Positions 63,390 to 64,000 of a stretch of DNA of 64,000 bases are shown piece after piece. The notes under the pieces are model-generated. The model worked only from the letters and a program-made list of their open reading frames with translations. It was not told the DNA's origin and did no database searches. The translations under genes and the position numbers were made by a program. This stretch comes from Bacilli bacterium. GTDB lineage: Bacteria; Bacillota_I; Bacilli_A; RF39; UBA660. The stretch lies in contig JAFUTV010000011.1 of NCBI GenBank assembly GCA_017484125.1, positions 14,681 to 78,680 on the forward strand. Reading direction: 5' to 3'. How positions within the stretch are numbered: position 1 is the stretch's first letter; each line of letters begins with the position of its first letter.

Positions 63390-63605
63390 TTACTTAACTG
63401 GATCATATCCATATTTTCCTTTTGGATGACACTTTAATATTCTTTTAATACCAAGTCTAATTCCCTTTATAACACCATATTTTTCAATTGCATCAATCAT
63501 GTATTGACTACAAGTTGGAGTAAATCTACAAAGGCTGTGAGAATGCAAAGGTGTTATTTGATATGTTTTAATTAAAAATATTAATATCTTTTTTATATGT
63601 ATCAC
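63390..63605 (-). CDS. yidD: Membrane protein insertion efficiency factor YidD
   Basis: [30 protein letters not shown]...CHP..KYGYDPV is the family signature. Confidence 0.9.
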   Translation of the reverse strand: MIHIKKILIFLIKTYQITPLHSHSLCRFTPTCSQYMIDAIEKYGVIKGIRLGIKRILKCHPKGKYGYDPVK

Positions 63606-63767
63606 CTTAAATAATTTTACTATAAAATTTAAATATTGTAAAACAATTTATTATATATTTTTAATCATGTTATTAAATTTTATAAATATCAATACTTATT
63701 AAGGAATAATCAATTTTTATTCTTTATTTTATAATTAATATTTGTTATAATATCTTAGGTGATAGTA

Positions 63768-64000
63768 ATGGATTTCTTGAAGAAATATAATATCAATATT
63801 AAAAATACTGAATTACTTTTAACTGCATTAACACATTCATCATATTCTAATGAACATAATTGTGAATCTTATGAGAGATTAGAATTTTTAGGTGATGCAG
63901 TACTTGAAGTAATAATAAGTGATTATTTATATACTCATGAAGATTTATCTGAAGGTAAAATGACTAAAAAAAGAGCATCATATGTATGTGAAGAAGCTTT
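63768..64000 (+). CDS. rnc: Ribonuclease III, N-terminal part (continues beyond the window)
   Basis: LLLTALTHSSYSNE and the catalytic signature ERLEFLGDAVLE. AGGTGA RBS precedes ATG 63768. Confidence 0.9.
   Translation, partial: MDFLKKYNINIKNTELLLTALTHSSYSNEHNCESYERLEFLGDAVLEVIISDYLYTHEDLSEGKMTKKRASYVCEEA

Overview
AT-rich (about 25-30% G+C by eye) chromosomal segment from a cell-walled, endospore-forming low-GC Firmicute. Gene content resembles Erysipelotrichia or Clostridia, but the taxon is a guess. The genetic code is standard: TGA clearly terminates mraZ, rsmH and spoVD. Most of the window is + strand core genes. These are recD2 (3' part), T-box-controlled glyQS, rpmG, efp, a split dcw cluster (mraZ-rsmH-ftsL-pbpB ... 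spoVD-mraY-ftsW), uvrC, queA, spoVID-ysxE, ylbJ/ylbL, dnaG-sigA-trmK, obg, sigG-ymxH, lspA-rluD, gluP, yidD and rnc (5' part), plus three tRNAs (Leu-TAG, CAT, Ser-GCT). I saw no transposase, integrase, CRISPR array or prophage genes. The content most worth a second look is: (1) a terminator-bounded operon (24548-29214) ending in a 1080-aa type IV pilin-like protein with six four-cysteine modules, an ALK/LTK-type glycine-rich domain and an acidic tandem-repeat tail; (2) a second orphan pseudopilin pair (37921-39053); (3) a Tad/Flp-like four-gene module (49553-53289) directly upstream of sigG, with no pilin or prepilin peptidase and with degenerate ATPase catalytic motifs; (4) a vWA/XpaC/SBP/TelA/AAA+/BI-1 module inserted in the dcw cluster, whose SBP-like gene carries a single in-frame TGA; (5) a degenerate orphan RnfC/RnfD-like pair; (6) a thioester-domain-like adhesin with Ser in place of the Cys, next to a minimal sortase lacking the conserved Arg; (7) a duplicated region 1.1 in sigma-A. 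All calls come from reading the translations and DNA by eye. No database search or HMM was run.
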